From IMG/VR virus record IMGVR_UViG_3300033142_001194, positions 4,999 through 68,998 of that record: DNA of 64,000 bases; one strand, 5' to 3'. How positions within the stretch are numbered: the first letter of the stretch is position 1; each line of letters opens with the position of its first letter. A model generated the notes under the pieces. That model worked only from the letters and a program-made list of their open reading frames with translations, did no database searches and had not been told where the DNA came from. Shown here piece by piece: positions 31,201 through 40,559 of this stretch. The position numbers were made by a program, and so were the translations under genes. The stretch is from a virus.

Positions 31201-34200
31201 TGTCGGTTTAAATGTTCATGATGCTGTTGGTTTTAATCTGTTTGACGTGGATTCTGGTACTGTTAAGTTTAATGATGGTTTCTTTAATATTGTCTCTGAC
31301 TATAGTATTAGGGAAGAAGTACTTAAAACACTTACAAGGGTAAAAGGTAATCTTACCCCTAAAGAATTGGATGCTTTAGATAAGACATTACAGTTAGTTG
31401 AATACAGTACTAAGTATGACTACGGAGAAGGTATTGTTAATATCTATGAGGATGAAGAGGGTAAAACTCAGGTAGAGAAAAAGTATAATTCTTTTAACGA
31501 ATACTTTGATGACTTTAAAGTAGTAACTAAAGAAGATACAGATAAAAAGAAAGAGTGGATGGGTAAGATTAAAACAGTTATCCAATACAATATGGGAGGT
31601 ACAAATAAAGGACAATATAAGCCAAACAAGGAAACTATACCTACTTCAGTAGAAGCAGGAGAAGAGTTAGGTAAGTCTATGGTTGAAGCCAATATAAAAG
31701 GGATTAAACCAACCACACCTTTAGCACATAGAGGGTTATACATTCAAGAAGCATACAATGATATGCAAGTCTTAATGGACAAGAAACTTACTCATAAACA
31801 GTTTACTGAGTTAATGAATAAACAGTTAGGGACTGAGTTTAAACAGTCTACTGTTATGGGTATGGCTAAGAATACTAGAAAAACATATACACCTGATACA
31901 GAAGAAAATATAGATTCTGTATTGGTTTATGACAGGGATACTAATATTTTTAATGTTATAGAATCCACATTACAGAATGCACCTGAACAGGTGTTTGGTT
32001 CTTTACCTAATACCTTTAAAGAAGATACATTTAATGAATCCATTTCAGAAATTATTTCTGCAGAAGATACCTATAGAATATTTTCTGATCTTGAAACAAG
32101 TGGTGGATTAAATAGTGTACAAGATTCTAATACCCATAAGGAACAGTTAAAGAATATTATTTCAAGTATTGTGAACAAAGCCGTTAACCCATTAATACCT
32201 TTACAGTATAAATATAGGGAAGAAGGTACAGAAACAAGAGGACTATATACAGATAACACTATATTACTTAATAGAGGATCTTCTACGCTCACTGACGGTA
32301 CACAAGATTCAGCTCAATCAGTTTATGTACATGAGTTATTACACGCTGTTTTAAACGTTTCTCTTGATGATCCTGCTAATAGAAGGGAAAGAAGACAGAT
32401 ACAGAAATTATATGAAGAAGTAAGAAGTAAGATGACTCCTACTGATTTACTTACTGTTCCAGTATCTATAGCTTCTGACTCTCAAATAGCTGCTGCTGAA
32501 TTACGTTATGACCATATGTTTAATAACTTAAATGGTAATGGTTTACATGAGTTTATATCTATTGGATCTACAAATGAGGTTATGGTTAATTTCCTTAAGA
32601 ATATGGATAGAGAATCCAATAAAGAATTACCATTAACTATTTGGGGAAGGTTTTCAGAGATTGTTAGTAAATTTATAAATTCCCTATTTAAAAGAGTATC
32701 TGGTTTAAAAGACTTAACTGCTGATAAAGAGTTATTAAATTTAGCAGAACAATTAGCAGGAGCAAACAGTAGGAAAGCAGAAACATTATTCAGGGGAAAT
32801 ACTAAGTTTGAATCTACTGAAGTGGTATTAACAGAAGCTCTTAAGGATTATGTATTAAGCTCAATTATTGAGTATTCAGATAAGTTAGGTAATACAGCTT
32901 TTAACAACAGACCTATGCAAACACTTAAGAATTTAAGTGATTCAATATTAGCAATAAGTCTTGTTATGTGGCAAGACGAAGTTGTTCCTTGGTTAGAAGC
33001 ATTTGAACAGGCAGCATATAAAGCAGGTATTACAGAGAAAGCAATGGTATCAAGATTGATCCATGAATTAGTAGGTGAAACTGTTGATACAGCTAAGTGG
33101 AATGATCTATTGGCTCAATCCAATAAAGACATTGACCAATTAAGAGCTAAAATTAGTACCGCAACAGGAGCAGTGTTATTAAGTAAATTTAAAACAGATT
33201 TAGATCATACTCAGAAAGTAGCCATAAGTAAGTCTTTAGTTAAGACAGATTTACATTCAATAATGGATAAGTATTCTGTTTCAGAACTACAGGAATTATA
33301 TTCTACTGATAGTGGTTTATTGGCTTCTGAAATTAAAACTAAAACCAAGGAAATATCTGATAAATATAACAGTAAAGTTTCTAACTACTTTAATCTTCAT
33401 TCTGAAGGTTTAGGACGCTTAATGGCTACAGGTGAACCAGGTGTATATAACGCTATGGAGAATGCTTACCGTATTGCTAATATGCACTCACTTAAGGATA
33501 TATATGATTCTAAGCTATCAGAAGAAGAAGTACTTGAAGCAGAAGGGTTAATTGATACGCTTGCTACTTTATACGCTATCAATTATACAGATCAAAAACA
33601 TAAGACTATTTTTGCTTCTCTATTGGATTCGGAAATAGATGGTACTGTATTTACAATGTACCATCATAAACATGTAGTAAGTAAAGCTCTTGAAGAAAAC
33701 TTTGATGGTCAGAAAGCTTTAATGATTAAAGGGTATTCTTCTGAATTAACAAACCCTAATATATCTTTTGTTGTGGGTACTTTAGAAATGGAATCTGAAT
33801 TAGCTAAAGATGGGTATGTTAGAAGTAGTGTACCTTTAGAAAAAGATAAGACTGATCCAAATAAACAACAATTGTTTATGTATACCTCAAGAGATTCTGG
33901 TGCAAATACTTGGATGAAGATGATTGTATCTTTTACAAATAAATCTGCTAAAGGTGCAAACTTAATTAAGGTAAGAGCACAGGGAGATTCTGTTGATTCA
34001 TATAATGAGGGGTTAAAGGATGGTCAAAGGATGTTTGAAGATAATAGGAAAGAGATGCTTAAACAGCTTACAGGAGGGGTCAAAATTGACGCTGACGCAA
34101 CGATAGCTATTCCTACCTACAACAACGAAGGAGATATTGTTAACTACCGTTACAGAGCATCTGAGAGCTTTAAAGATGGTCTATTAGAAAAGGATAACTC

Positions 34201-35473
34201 TTTTGAGAATGTACTTGGTTCAATGTCAGGATCTATAAGTGATAAATCAAATACTGATGTGATAAATGCTAAAGTAGTTTCAACAGCAAAACAGGATTAT
34301 GATGAAAGGGATGAAGGTATTAAAGCTCAATTATTTGGATCTAAATCATTGTTTGTTGAGATAGGTATTAATTCTACTGATCCAGAATATGTTGAATTAT
34401 ATATGATGATGCCACAAGCAATGAGGGATGAAATTAAAAAGGTTTGGGGTACTGATGGAATGTATATCAGAAAGAATATGGTGTTAGATATTTTTGGTTT
34501 TAGAAAACTATCTATTACACAGATAGAAAAAATAAATAAACCTTGGCTTAGGAAGGTAGAGAATATTTGGCAGGAGGTAATGAAGAATGTTAAAGATGCT
34601 ATTGTTATTAAAACAGGTACAGTATTTGTTGATAACGTATTATCAAATACATCACAGTTAGCTATTGAAGGTCTTAACCCAAGTGAAATAGCAAGATACC
34701 AAGTAGAAGGTTATGATTCCCTTATTGAGTATTTGCAACAGGATAATGAGTTAATAAAATTACAGATTAATTCAGATACTGTTGATCCAACAAAGAAGGA
34801 TACTAAAGTTAATAGTAGGATTAAAGAACTTGAAGCCAATCTTATTGCTAACCCAGTTCATGAGTTAATAGAAGACGGTCAGTTCCAAACTATTATGGAG
34901 GATATAGATTTAAGTGAAAAACAGTTTACTTATAGAAGTTCTTTAGAAGCTTTATTAAGTCCTTATGAAGAATCTATAAATCCTGATGTTCTTAATACGG
35001 TTAAGAAAGTAAGTAATCAAGTCTTTATGACACATGAAACTAAGATTTATGAACTGTTAAAAGATATGACCCAGTATTCTGATTTTGTAGCAAGATATGC
35101 ATTACATAAGCATAATATGAAAAAAGGAGAAATGACTAATAGAGAGTCATTAAGATATATACGTGAAACGTTTGTAAATTATGATACTGCTACAGCACCA
35201 CTATTACAGTATGCTAATGACATGGGTTTAATGGCTTTCACTAAATTCTTCTTAAGAACACAGAAGATTATATTAAGAAACTTTATTAGAGCACCATTAA
35301 GGTTAGGAGGACTATTTGCTATTGAGGGTATTACAGATATGGATATTTCTACAATATCTGATACTGGTTTAAGTCCTACAGCTAGAATGTATAATCCTTT
35401 TGGTTTAGCTGCAGATGCTTCAGGATTTCATTTAGTAGAATTTGCAAATAATTTCACACCTGACTATAACTAA
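25208..35473 (+). CDS. Virion-encapsidated RNA polymerase (N4 gp50-like)
   Basis: 3421 aa, no Cys seen on reading; motif A EVDGITNG, motif B RTLVKFPLMIASYG, motif C NVHDA; HELLH zincin motif; C-terminal QYSDFVARY and YANDMGL. Confidence 0.93.
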   Translation: MSTTQTNKKVDVAKASTDKAEELNYTQPSRDISLGSVPNFKPSKPITDRNTFDYYSSANAGQRLRDAANLKQNTLPDRNVGEVVQDIAGSLGKFGVQAGQSLYGLTDAVSLGNIDKGLDSIGLKPDFNRTTEFITGLQSDQTQAAIANKAKAAQDWNSLESQRKAADEAKGLPSFMVGANEELRTAGNVLEGLWDNPLALQDSLVSSAPHLLGARGAANALAKGVAKAQAKKGASKAAIKKAEAAARAKGAVLYTAATEGGSAQVDAKNNVLSASFKELRENNDRFKSLEKEMSPEDARRKLAGETGAIALLATGLLAGGASKLTGAGDTIGNYGNREAAKTLTQAINKAVIQPMKSEGIEEALQGITGGLVQNVAEKLTTNKDKALGEGITEQAVEGAVLGALSAGAMPVAAVTVPVAKGVAKGAVATAKAVPKVIKAGSNVVKDVATKAEDRALLNPSIADIDIPTSDANEATQLDYINKVKDKNIPLVEAHVDISNQLKELTPEELTSDKGKGLIEREQVYAKQIADNNIVVDKLTKGFETGQNEFTTAVKEVTGKEKGILKTANDSAIKAAKVIRKATKVANTKATGIAKSLSKEKALAKAANTENVEDVETPHEKIVVMANKHNTLPKEATPEQVQERSDQFEELIGQLDSEFNVANTSFVDNINKLETYNKKETLTAEEDADAKAIAKGLTKEKENVDALETQLNEAYQIVLNSENAQEQVGIGLSKESFKELIDSTSNASSDTLQVGLKKIFGSLPQEASKEDLESIEKITNNPNIDAVSKTKLLNYVETQQAKSASGVSKEVLKGGGFNTKGVKLKGLNEYQKDIDDATRLGSSTVAENVLSDLQRFNDLHASKLKILDAVIKDPTDKQAKAVLLKNYPSSTKWKSIEAVRGFVAKEVNAIEKGLKESSYIAQQKFSKEEVPSSYSIEEVTKPIKAKPINQEVKPTEIVKEVKAKEVKAKPTEVTEEVKVKTTRKILREVMTDNNIDFALSDKANKNIKKAISAEEDLWVKEVKDNQKEFGESDQQMLQEELTNKAKLFYKGIQDGLLNTVDGSIEATEENAVYATGFDIGYKQYVEVLVNKQFLTGKIQDNKVSEWFTPKKIVDNSSLLQTTPNFFNGLNSYVLENNIAKDEENVLKKIEKFDSKFSKVFKDKAFQPYNTVPVSDKYTDKFKDSETFIEGYLSEDLMQYFMTEEGNFDDNFLSTLSTEAMMWLATGYEKLLINNDDAINSILGQAQGSKLPANAFSVLGTSGIPRTQLIHSIGQSAFKALNLKSKEVDATIEEKMITAIGTHMYHTLNFMGYFKDTVISKEDFDSLKGEKGSLDFEGTVANFVAPVSIGSVENGDFEVDTNISDQIQSWKRDPESPKDPFVVQTLTDSFGSTSKEVYPLLEVPKTVATKVVKSIQNIPTNIREYLDKKQEEENYFKKDQYEAYLTLNTDEKRVIGGYNFNTDGLHELNKAAVISKNNTIDRTIRAIEEFASQVEAKNGDLFNTPFFYEQEIWKNFRNGTSGNMINSQANKLVRHLTGLGNAVNTTIDPRDSASQAHKDALLRFKASVLTGFGGKPENSSDSDIHKDFDDIAKGLSTVNQDILMASDSIRNKASDGITQAIESINEESEYAFDALVAYANYTPDKPFNTSLFNEVDGITNGVTIGLIQLAAAENWEGVEDLMKASGLYETDMPNGYADFLTTGGQDNYKQTAKVMLANYAEIKNSYKDDGTNRYIKSNALDSFIGQLEKDGEISSIARTLVKFPLMIASYGGSLDRIIKNFSSSMLDNVYSQIEDAVANESQSDLDSIASNLNLIVGGNYSIDLDTALSFDISQKDKDVFLSSMENTIGKALRDTIESKFEVFFAKRDEVNTALNLVFQVTESRYKAEVEKQETEAGHPISNKAKEAILIGMSDMLPSFANYNSDVGDTTTNMLPMDTTSSSAFKDTHRQQVKSKASLNGKHSSVAYGNEMTLEKPGLTTTIGGIHGLDSAMMMNVLSEYVGLNVHDAVGFNLFDVDSGTVKFNDGFFNIVSDYSIREEVLKTLTRVKGNLTPKELDALDKTLQLVEYSTKYDYGEGIVNIYEDEEGKTQVEKKYNSFNEYFDDFKVVTKEDTDKKKEWMGKIKTVIQYNMGGTNKGQYKPNKETIPTSVEAGEELGKSMVEANIKGIKPTTPLAHRGLYIQEAYNDMQVLMDKKLTHKQFTELMNKQLGTEFKQSTVMGMAKNTRKTYTPDTEENIDSVLVYDRDTNIFNVIESTLQNAPEQVFGSLPNTFKEDTFNESISEIISAEDTYRIFSDLETSGGLNSVQDSNTHKEQLKNIISSIVNKAVNPLIPLQYKYREEGTETRGLYTDNTILLNRGSSTLTDGTQDSAQSVYVHELLHAVLNVSLDDPANRRERRQIQKLYEEVRSKMTPTDLLTVPVSIASDSQIAAAELRYDHMFNNLNGNGLHEFISIGSTNEVMVNFLKNMDRESNKELPLTIWGRFSEIVSKFINSLFKRVSGLKDLTADKELLNLAEQLAGANSRKAETLFRGNTKFESTEVVLTEALKDYVLSSIIEYSDKLGNTAFNNRPMQTLKNLSDSILAISLVMWQDEVVPWLEAFEQAAYKAGITEKAMVSRLIHELVGETVDTAKWNDLLAQSNKDIDQLRAKISTATGAVLLSKFKTDLDHTQKVAISKSLVKTDLHSIMDKYSVSELQELYSTDSGLLASEIKTKTKEISDKYNSKVSNYFNLHSEGLGRLMATGEPGVYNAMENAYRIANMHSLKDIYDSKLSEEEVLEAEGLIDTLATLYAINYTDQKHKTIFASLLDSEIDGTVFTMYHHKHVVSKALEENFDGQKALMIKGYSSELTNPNISFVVGTLEMESELAKDGYVRSSVPLEKDKTDPNKQQLFMYTSRDSGANTWMKMIVSFTNKSAKGANLIKVRAQGDSVDSYNEGLKDGQRMFEDNRKEMLKQLTGGVKIDADATIAIPTYNNEGDIVNYRYRASESFKDGLLEKDNSFENVLGSMSGSISDKSNTDVINAKVVSTAKQDYDERDEGIKAQLFGSKSLFVEIGINSTDPEYVELYMMMPQAMRDEIKKVWGTDGMYIRKNMVLDIFGFRKLSITQIEKINKPWLRKVENIWQEVMKNVKDAIVIKTGTVFVDNVLSNTSQLAIEGLNPSEIARYQVEGYDSLIEYLQQDNELIKLQINSDTVDPTKKDTKVNSRIKELEANLIANPVHELIEDGQFQTIMEDIDLSEKQFTYRSSLEALLSPYEESINPDVLNTVKKVSNQVFMTHETKIYELLKDMTQYSDFVARYALHKHNMKKGEMTNRESLRYIRETFVNYDTATAPLLQYANDMGLMAFTKFFLRTQKIILRNFIRAPLRLGGLFAIEGITDMDISTISDTGLSPTARMYNPFGLAADASGFHLVEFANNFTPDYN

Positions 35474-35477
35474 AATT

Positions 35478-35514
35478 AAGGGAACCAATAGTTTTCTACT
35501 GGTTCCCTATTTTT
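35478..35514. terminator. Terminator at convergence of late and middle transcription units
   Basis: agggaacca/tggttccct stem with T run. Confidence 0.7.
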
Positions 35515-35668
35515 AATCCTCTTTGGATTTATAAAATATAAATGTTATATAACTTATTACTGTTATAGGTACTACAAAAAGTAAGATAGGTAATAGTGTA
35601 AGTATCATTGCTAGTAATACTAATGCTAAACAACTTACTAATATAAATATTTTTATAAACTCAAACAC
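35513..35668 (-). CDS. Small membrane protein (51 aa)
   Basis: Read manually: GTG start, FEFIKIFILVSCLALVLLAMILTLLPILLFVVPITVISYITFIFYKSKED. Confidence 0.5.
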   Translation of the reverse strand: MFEFIKIFILVSCLALVLLAMILTLLPILLFVVPITVISYITFIFYKSKED

Positions 35669-35986
35669 TTATTGACCGAATAATGATTCACTTCCAGTAA
35701 CAGGTGAATCAACTTCCAATCCTTCTTCATCTACTAAATCTTCATCTACTAGAGAAGTATCAATTACTTCTTCTTTGCTTTTATCAATTGCTACAGCAAT
35801 AGTGTCTTCAGCAGATACATGTACTGCTGGTTCAATAGTTAAAATAGCATGTGTTCCAGTAGAACCTCTACCAGCTACCACTGAAATAGTAACTGTACCA
35901 TCTAAGATATATCCTTTTGATTTAACAAACTCTAATATAGCTTCTTGAATGGATTCTTCATCAATTTTTATCGTACTTGTAATCAT
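35669..35986 (-). CDS. Conserved N4-like hypothetical protein
   Basis: IDEESIQEAI..VAGRG..acidic tail ending SLFG. Confidence 0.6.
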   Translation of the reverse strand: MITSTIKIDEESIQEAILEFVKSKGYILDGTVTISVVAGRGSTGTHAILTIEPAVHVSAEDTIAVAIDKSKEEVIDTSLVDEDLVDEEGLEVDSPVTGSESLFGQ

Positions 35987-36366
35987 ATTATTTCCTTAAT
36001 TAATATTTCTACTCTTGGATTATGTTTATCTACTTCTCCGAATCTATAAGTTACTTCAGGCATATAAATATAATTGTCATCTGGTAACTTCTTAAATTCT
36101 ACTAAAGCATCTGAAAAGTATTTATCTGTAATAGAGCAAACATTAGCTACATCACATAACCTTTTAGTCTTTGGATAAAGAATATAGGTTATGCTTATTT
36201 TATTAAATGGAGGTAACTTCTGTATTTGTTCTTTGAGTAGTTTTTTATATACTTGTTTAGTTGTATTTAACTTTCTAAAATGAGTATTTCTATAGATGTT
36301 TAAATTAATAGCCCAATCTCTTTTACCTACTGGTAATTTTAAAGGACTATTAATTATATAAACCAT
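35983..36366 (-). CDS. RusA-like Holliday junction resolvase
   Basis: DVANVCSITDKYFSDALV..LPDDN..NPRVEI catalytic pattern. Confidence 0.8.
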   Translation of the reverse strand: MVYIINSPLKLPVGKRDWAINLNIYRNTHFRKLNTTKQVYKKLLKEQIQKLPPFNKISITYILYPKTKRLCDVANVCSITDKYFSDALVEFKKLPDDNYIYMPEVTYRFGEVDKHNPRVEILIKEII

Positions 36367-36371
36367 TTTAG

Positions 36372-36548
36372 TTATTCGTCTTGTTGGATTAAGTTATTGT
36401 TTAAAAAGTATATTGATGAATTTAAAACATCTACAGATCCATCTAAATCTTCATAACAGGATAATATACCTGCAAGTCTTGTTAATTCTTGAGTTAATAA
36501 CATTAAGCTAACTACATTAAGCTCTACTGTTTTATCTTTCTTAATCAT
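36372..36548 (-). CDS. Hypothetical protein (58 aa)
   Basis: Read manually; AAGGA RBS, MIKKDKTVELNVVSL... Confidence 0.45.
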   Translation of the reverse strand: MIKKDKTVELNVVSLMLLTQELTRLAGILSCYEDLDGSVDVLNSSIYFLNNNLIQQDE

Positions 36549-36631
36549 TATGTTTCCTTTATATTAATATGCCTATTTAAGGCCTCTTAGAGCCTCTCTA
36601 ACGGGTTTAAGCGTTAAAGAGGAATGTTTGC

Positions 36632-37333
36632 TTAACCGAAAGGACTAGGAGACGTAGTACCACCTTCAGTAGCTACAGTAGGTTCAATCTTCTTAAAGGT
36701 ATTGATAGTTTCAGTACCATATTTCTCAACCCAAGTATTAATGAATGTAGCAGGAGTACCTGCAGTAATTTCTGCTACAGTTAATCCACTTTCTGCTTGG
36801 AAGAATTTATCTACAACATTGTAGTTTTTCTCTTCAGGTTGTAGAACCCACTTACCATCAATGTTCTTACTTTTATTTTTGATAATATGATGTACACCTA
36901 CCCAAATATCTTTACCGGATAGATCCATAATAACTTCTTTACTTGTTGGTGCTCTAGCTTTTAAAGTAAAGTCATAAACATCTACAAACTTATTTTCAAC
37001 AGTTAATTTATCTGGTGCAAATGGAACACCTGCTGCTAATAAACAAAGAGTATTTGCCATTGCAAAACCTTTACATGGGTATGGATCACCTTTACCATTT
37101 CTTGGTTTAACCATGTGATTCCCGTTAACATCTGTAATATATAATGTTTCTGAGAAAGGACAATCTTTGAATGTAACTACTAATACATTACTACCAAACT
37201 GTGTATCTAAATAAGCTACATCAATTGTTAGTTTATGAAGTCCTGTATCAATTTGAAAACTTCCTGCTTTAGCTGTTGAATCTACTTCAACTTTTAATGG
37301 TGTTTCTACTACTAAAGAATCTAAGATTCCCAT
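36632..37333 (-). CDS. Single-stranded DNA-binding protein (N4 gp45-like)
   Basis: TIDVAYL, ETLYIT, GFAMANTLCLL, NVVDKFF, C-terminal SPFG; synteny. Confidence 0.75.
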   Translation of the reverse strand: MGILDSLVVETPLKVEVDSTAKAGSFQIDTGLHKLTIDVAYLDTQFGSNVLVVTFKDCPFSETLYITDVNGNHMVKPRNGKGDPYPCKGFAMANTLCLLAAGVPFAPDKLTVENKFVDVYDFTLKARAPTSKEVIMDLSGKDIWVGVHHIIKNKSKNIDGKWVLQPEEKNYNVVDKFFQAESGLTVAEITAGTPATFINTWVEKYGTETINTFKKIEPTVATEGGTTSPSPFG

Positions 37334-37356
37334 ATTATTTTCCTTTTGTTATTAAA

Positions 37357-37848
37357 TTATTTTGATGATGCGTCAGTGTCTTCTTCTGATGCAATTAAAA
37401 GTAAAGACTGTAGTGAGTAACGTCTACCATACGTACAATTAACTCCAATTACCTGTGCAGGACTAAGGTTATTCATTACCTTAATAGGTAATTCAATAGA
37501 ACTCTTAAACCATTCACCACTGGAATGTAGTAATGTTGTATGTGTTACTACTGAAGGTACACTACCCTTTACTAACTCATGAGACTGAACAATAGCTAAT
37601 TCATTATCTGAAAGAGCTTTTCTAGCAATATCTGTGATACTACCAAGTTCCATGTATTTGTATCCATACCCCTGTTTATCCTTTGAACCATTAGACATTG
37701 CACCTTGAGCTTTAGCCAGTGCAAATGCTAATCCTCCTATAGTAGGTGAACTAGACTCAGGGAAAGTTCTTGGTTCAGGTACTGCTTTAACTTCTTCTTT
37801 TTTAATTACTAAATTTTCATCTAGTTTTTCTTCATTTACTTCTGCCAT
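37357..37848 (-). CDS. erf: ERF-family ssDNA annealing protein
   Basis: ALAKAQ..YKYMELGSI..TTLLHSSGEW..GVNCTYGRRYSL..EEDTDA matches the ERF signature G..xTYxRRYxL. Confidence 0.85.
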   Translation of the reverse strand: MAEVNEEKLDENLVIKKEEVKAVPEPRTFPESSSPTIGGLAFALAKAQGAMSNGSKDKQGYGYKYMELGSITDIARKALSDNELAIVQSHELVKGSVPSVVTHTTLLHSSGEWFKSSIELPIKVMNNLSPAQVIGVNCTYGRRYSLQSLLLIASEEDTDASSK

Positions 37849-37883
37849 ATTTTCCTCATTAAATGGGTGAAAGTTAATACACT

Positions 37884-40031
37884 CTAACTCTGTCTATTGG
37901 CAATTGCCTTTATGACAGTAACTAGAATTGTTTTATTTATTTCGTCCTCCTGTAAGCTATCTGGTAATTTATTATTAAAATCTAAAATGTTTTCTCTAAT
38001 GGTTTCAAATTCTAATCCTTGATCCACAAGCAATAATGCATATTTAAGAATAATGTTATTCCTACCTGATTGCTGTGCATTGTTAAGGAAGAATCTTTGT
38101 AACTTGTCTAAAGAAAACTGATCCAATACCTGTTTAGTATATGCATCTGCTTTAGCTGTTCTTGGTATAAAAGGTAATACGTCTAAAAGCTTTCCTTCAT
38201 TATAAAAGTACTTACCTGAATTACTTAACCACTTACGTGATCTTTGGTTTGTTCCTTCATCAACTGAGAAAGGTAACCAAGAATATACACTTCCAATAAA
38301 CTCTTTGAATTCGCTAGAATCTAATTTCAAAATATAGTTCATAGGTAATATTAATCTAAACCTATTTGTATCTTCTGAATGTCTCTTAGTTGTGTATGTT
38401 AAAAACGTATAGTCTTTTAACAATAGGTGGACTGTATTAAGAGATACTTCACCATCTAAATCAAGTACTACAAGATTAAAACCTGTAAGAGCGTTAAGCT
38501 CATTTCTATGGTTTTCTTTGAACTGATGGTTTGCCCAATGATAACCATTGGCTTGTGTTAGTTTATGTAACTCCTTAAACTTAACTTTCTCAGCTACATA
38601 TCTATAAGCTTCATGATCTGAATAACTTATTATGATTTCATCTAAGTTAGTTTCTTTTAAACTATCACCTGATATAAATTCTATACCATCTTCAAACCTA
38701 CGCTTAATAGATATATTGTGTTTATACCCATATGCAGTAGCTAAGGTAAGCATATCTCTTCTATTGGTTTCACTACCCTTATAAAATACTAAGTCTTCAA
38801 GTAAATCAGCATGTGTTGATTCTGAGCCATGAGAAGCTAGGTACTTAGCCAATCTTACGTAGTTCTTATCTCTTGTAAGGATTTTACTAAACGCTTCACC
38901 AGACTCCTCTACGAGCTTCATAGCGCTATGTAGTATGTCTGGGGTAAGTGTAAAATCACCTCTTACAAAAGCATATGCTCCTGCAAGCTTAAGTGTTTTA
39001 AAATACCTATGAGATATTTCTGCTTTTCTCATTTCCTCATGTTCAGGTAATTGAGATGCTAACTCTTCACAATCCATTCTGTATTGGATTAGTTCTATAG
39101 CAGTTTCTTTAGGTACTGAAATAGCTTGATTAAAATAAGATATATCTGCAAGTGATTCTAAGTGTTTTGCTAAACCATCTAAAGATGCTTTACTGGTATC
39201 GTTTACGAGCTCATTAAACACCTCTTCAGCAGTCATTCCTTTACTGTTTGGTTTATGTGTTGATACACCAAACAAACATCTTCTAGCATATCCTGCATCT
39301 AGTAAGGAATACATTTCATCTTCTGAAGCAGAACCATTAAACAACCTGCTTGGAGTTCCATACATTAATAAGTTACTTGGTACACCTGATCTAAGACCTA
39401 TACCTCTTTTATTATCAGAAGTTACTTTAGTAAGTTTTCCTTTAGTTAACCCTTTATCGTATACCTCAAGGTACATTCCAAATAGTTCTTTGTTACTAAC
39501 AATATTAGAACCAATTTCATCTATGATCCAATTAAGACTACCTGCACCTGCTAATTGAAATTTCTCACGTAATTGTTTAGTTGCTGGTGATGTACCCTCA
39601 CTAAAATTAAAAGCAAAGTTACCTTTGGAATCATATTCCTTTTGTAGCTCTTCTAATACTTCATCTGGATCACTTCCTGCAGCAGAAGACCTTGTAATTG
39701 CTAAGTGAGCTAAATGTTTAGTTGAGATTATAGGTAAAGTAAAATCAGTAAACTTATCTTTGAATAAGTGGATAACATTTTCTTCTATAATATTAGAAGA
39801 GAAAGTTTTACCTGTACCTGAGTTAGCTAAATTAAGTGCATAGACATTAACAGGTATTTGACCCCTATCTAAGGTATCTAAATATGTTCTTTGCATACTT
39901 GCTACTTCAGCAAAGTAATAAGCTATCATTACCCTAAAGAATAGTGGTGAATCATTCTGTGTTCTCTTACATAGTATCTGAACCAACTCTTCTGATTCTT
40001 TAAAGTGGGATGTAGTACTTAGATCAACCAT
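37884..40031 (-). CDS. DNA primase (N4 gp43-like; N-terminal P-loop, C-terminal AEP/PriCT)
   Basis: NSGTGKT, IDEIGSN, VVLDLDG, YTTKRH..RFRLILP, GRNN. Confidence 0.85.
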   Translation of the reverse strand: MVDLSTTSHFKESEELVQILCKRTQNDSPLFFRVMIAYYFAEVASMQRTYLDTLDRGQIPVNVYALNLANSGTGKTFSSNIIEENVIHLFKDKFTDFTLPIISTKHLAHLAITRSSAAGSDPDEVLEELQKEYDSKGNFAFNFSEGTSPATKQLREKFQLAGAGSLNWIIDEIGSNIVSNKELFGMYLEVYDKGLTKGKLTKVTSDNKRGIGLRSGVPSNLLMYGTPSRLFNGSASEDEMYSLLDAGYARRCLFGVSTHKPNSKGMTAEEVFNELVNDTSKASLDGLAKHLESLADISYFNQAISVPKETAIELIQYRMDCEELASQLPEHEEMRKAEISHRYFKTLKLAGAYAFVRGDFTLTPDILHSAMKLVEESGEAFSKILTRDKNYVRLAKYLASHGSESTHADLLEDLVFYKGSETNRRDMLTLATAYGYKHNISIKRRFEDGIEFISGDSLKETNLDEIIISYSDHEAYRYVAEKVKFKELHKLTQANGYHWANHQFKENHRNELNALTGFNLVVLDLDGEVSLNTVHLLLKDYTFLTYTTKRHSEDTNRFRLILPMNYILKLDSSEFKEFIGSVYSWLPFSVDEGTNQRSRKWLSNSGKYFYNEGKLLDVLPFIPRTAKADAYTKQVLDQFSLDKLQRFFLNNAQQSGRNNIILKYALLLVDQGLEFETIRENILDFNNKLPDSLQEDEINKTILVTVIKAIANRQS

Positions 40032-40061
40032 CTTGTATATCCTTCTTTTTCTTTAGGTGCA

Positions 40062-40379
40062 TTAGCTGTCATTATGTTTAATACTCCAAATACGTCTATA
40101 AGCAGAAATACTTTTATTTAAACCAAGTGTTGAATTTAATAGAGATGTTAATTCTAGTTGTGTAAAACCTGCTTTAGTCCCCCTGTTTAACTTATACCTA
40201 GCATACCCTTCAAGAATTACTGCAATATCTCTATTGGTGAAGGTGTGCATATCATATGGTCTATATTTGTTGCTAATACTGGGTTTAGTATATTTCTTAA
40301 TATTTATAGTTTTTAAAGCCAATACTACTACTGTTAATAACAGTATTGATATTACAAAAAGTAAGTACTCGTTTATCAT
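40062..40379 (-). CDS. Membrane-anchored hypothetical protein
   Basis: N-terminal hydrophobic helix; C-terminal LNKSISAYRRIW. Confidence 0.55.
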   Translation of the reverse strand: MINEYLLFVISILLLTVVVLALKTINIKKYTKPSISNKYRPYDMHTFTNRDIAVILEGYARYKLNRGTKAGFTQLELTSLLNSTLGLNKSISAYRRIWSIKHNDS

Positions 40380-40559
40380 TATTCTTCCTTTTCTTTTATT
40401 GCATCATAATACTCTCTATCTTTATTTGATTTAGTATCTGATGATTCTGGTTTGTATTCATCCCATAATGCTTCAATAGCATCTGGTAATTTAGGTACGA
40501 TAGATCCAAGTATCATCAATAAATATGGATTCATTTAGTCTCCTTTATTGTTTAACAGG

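Noticed and set aside
11693-32292. Short - strand ORFs inside structural genes and vRNAP
   Set aside because: Antisense to long, motif-supported genes; no independent signals
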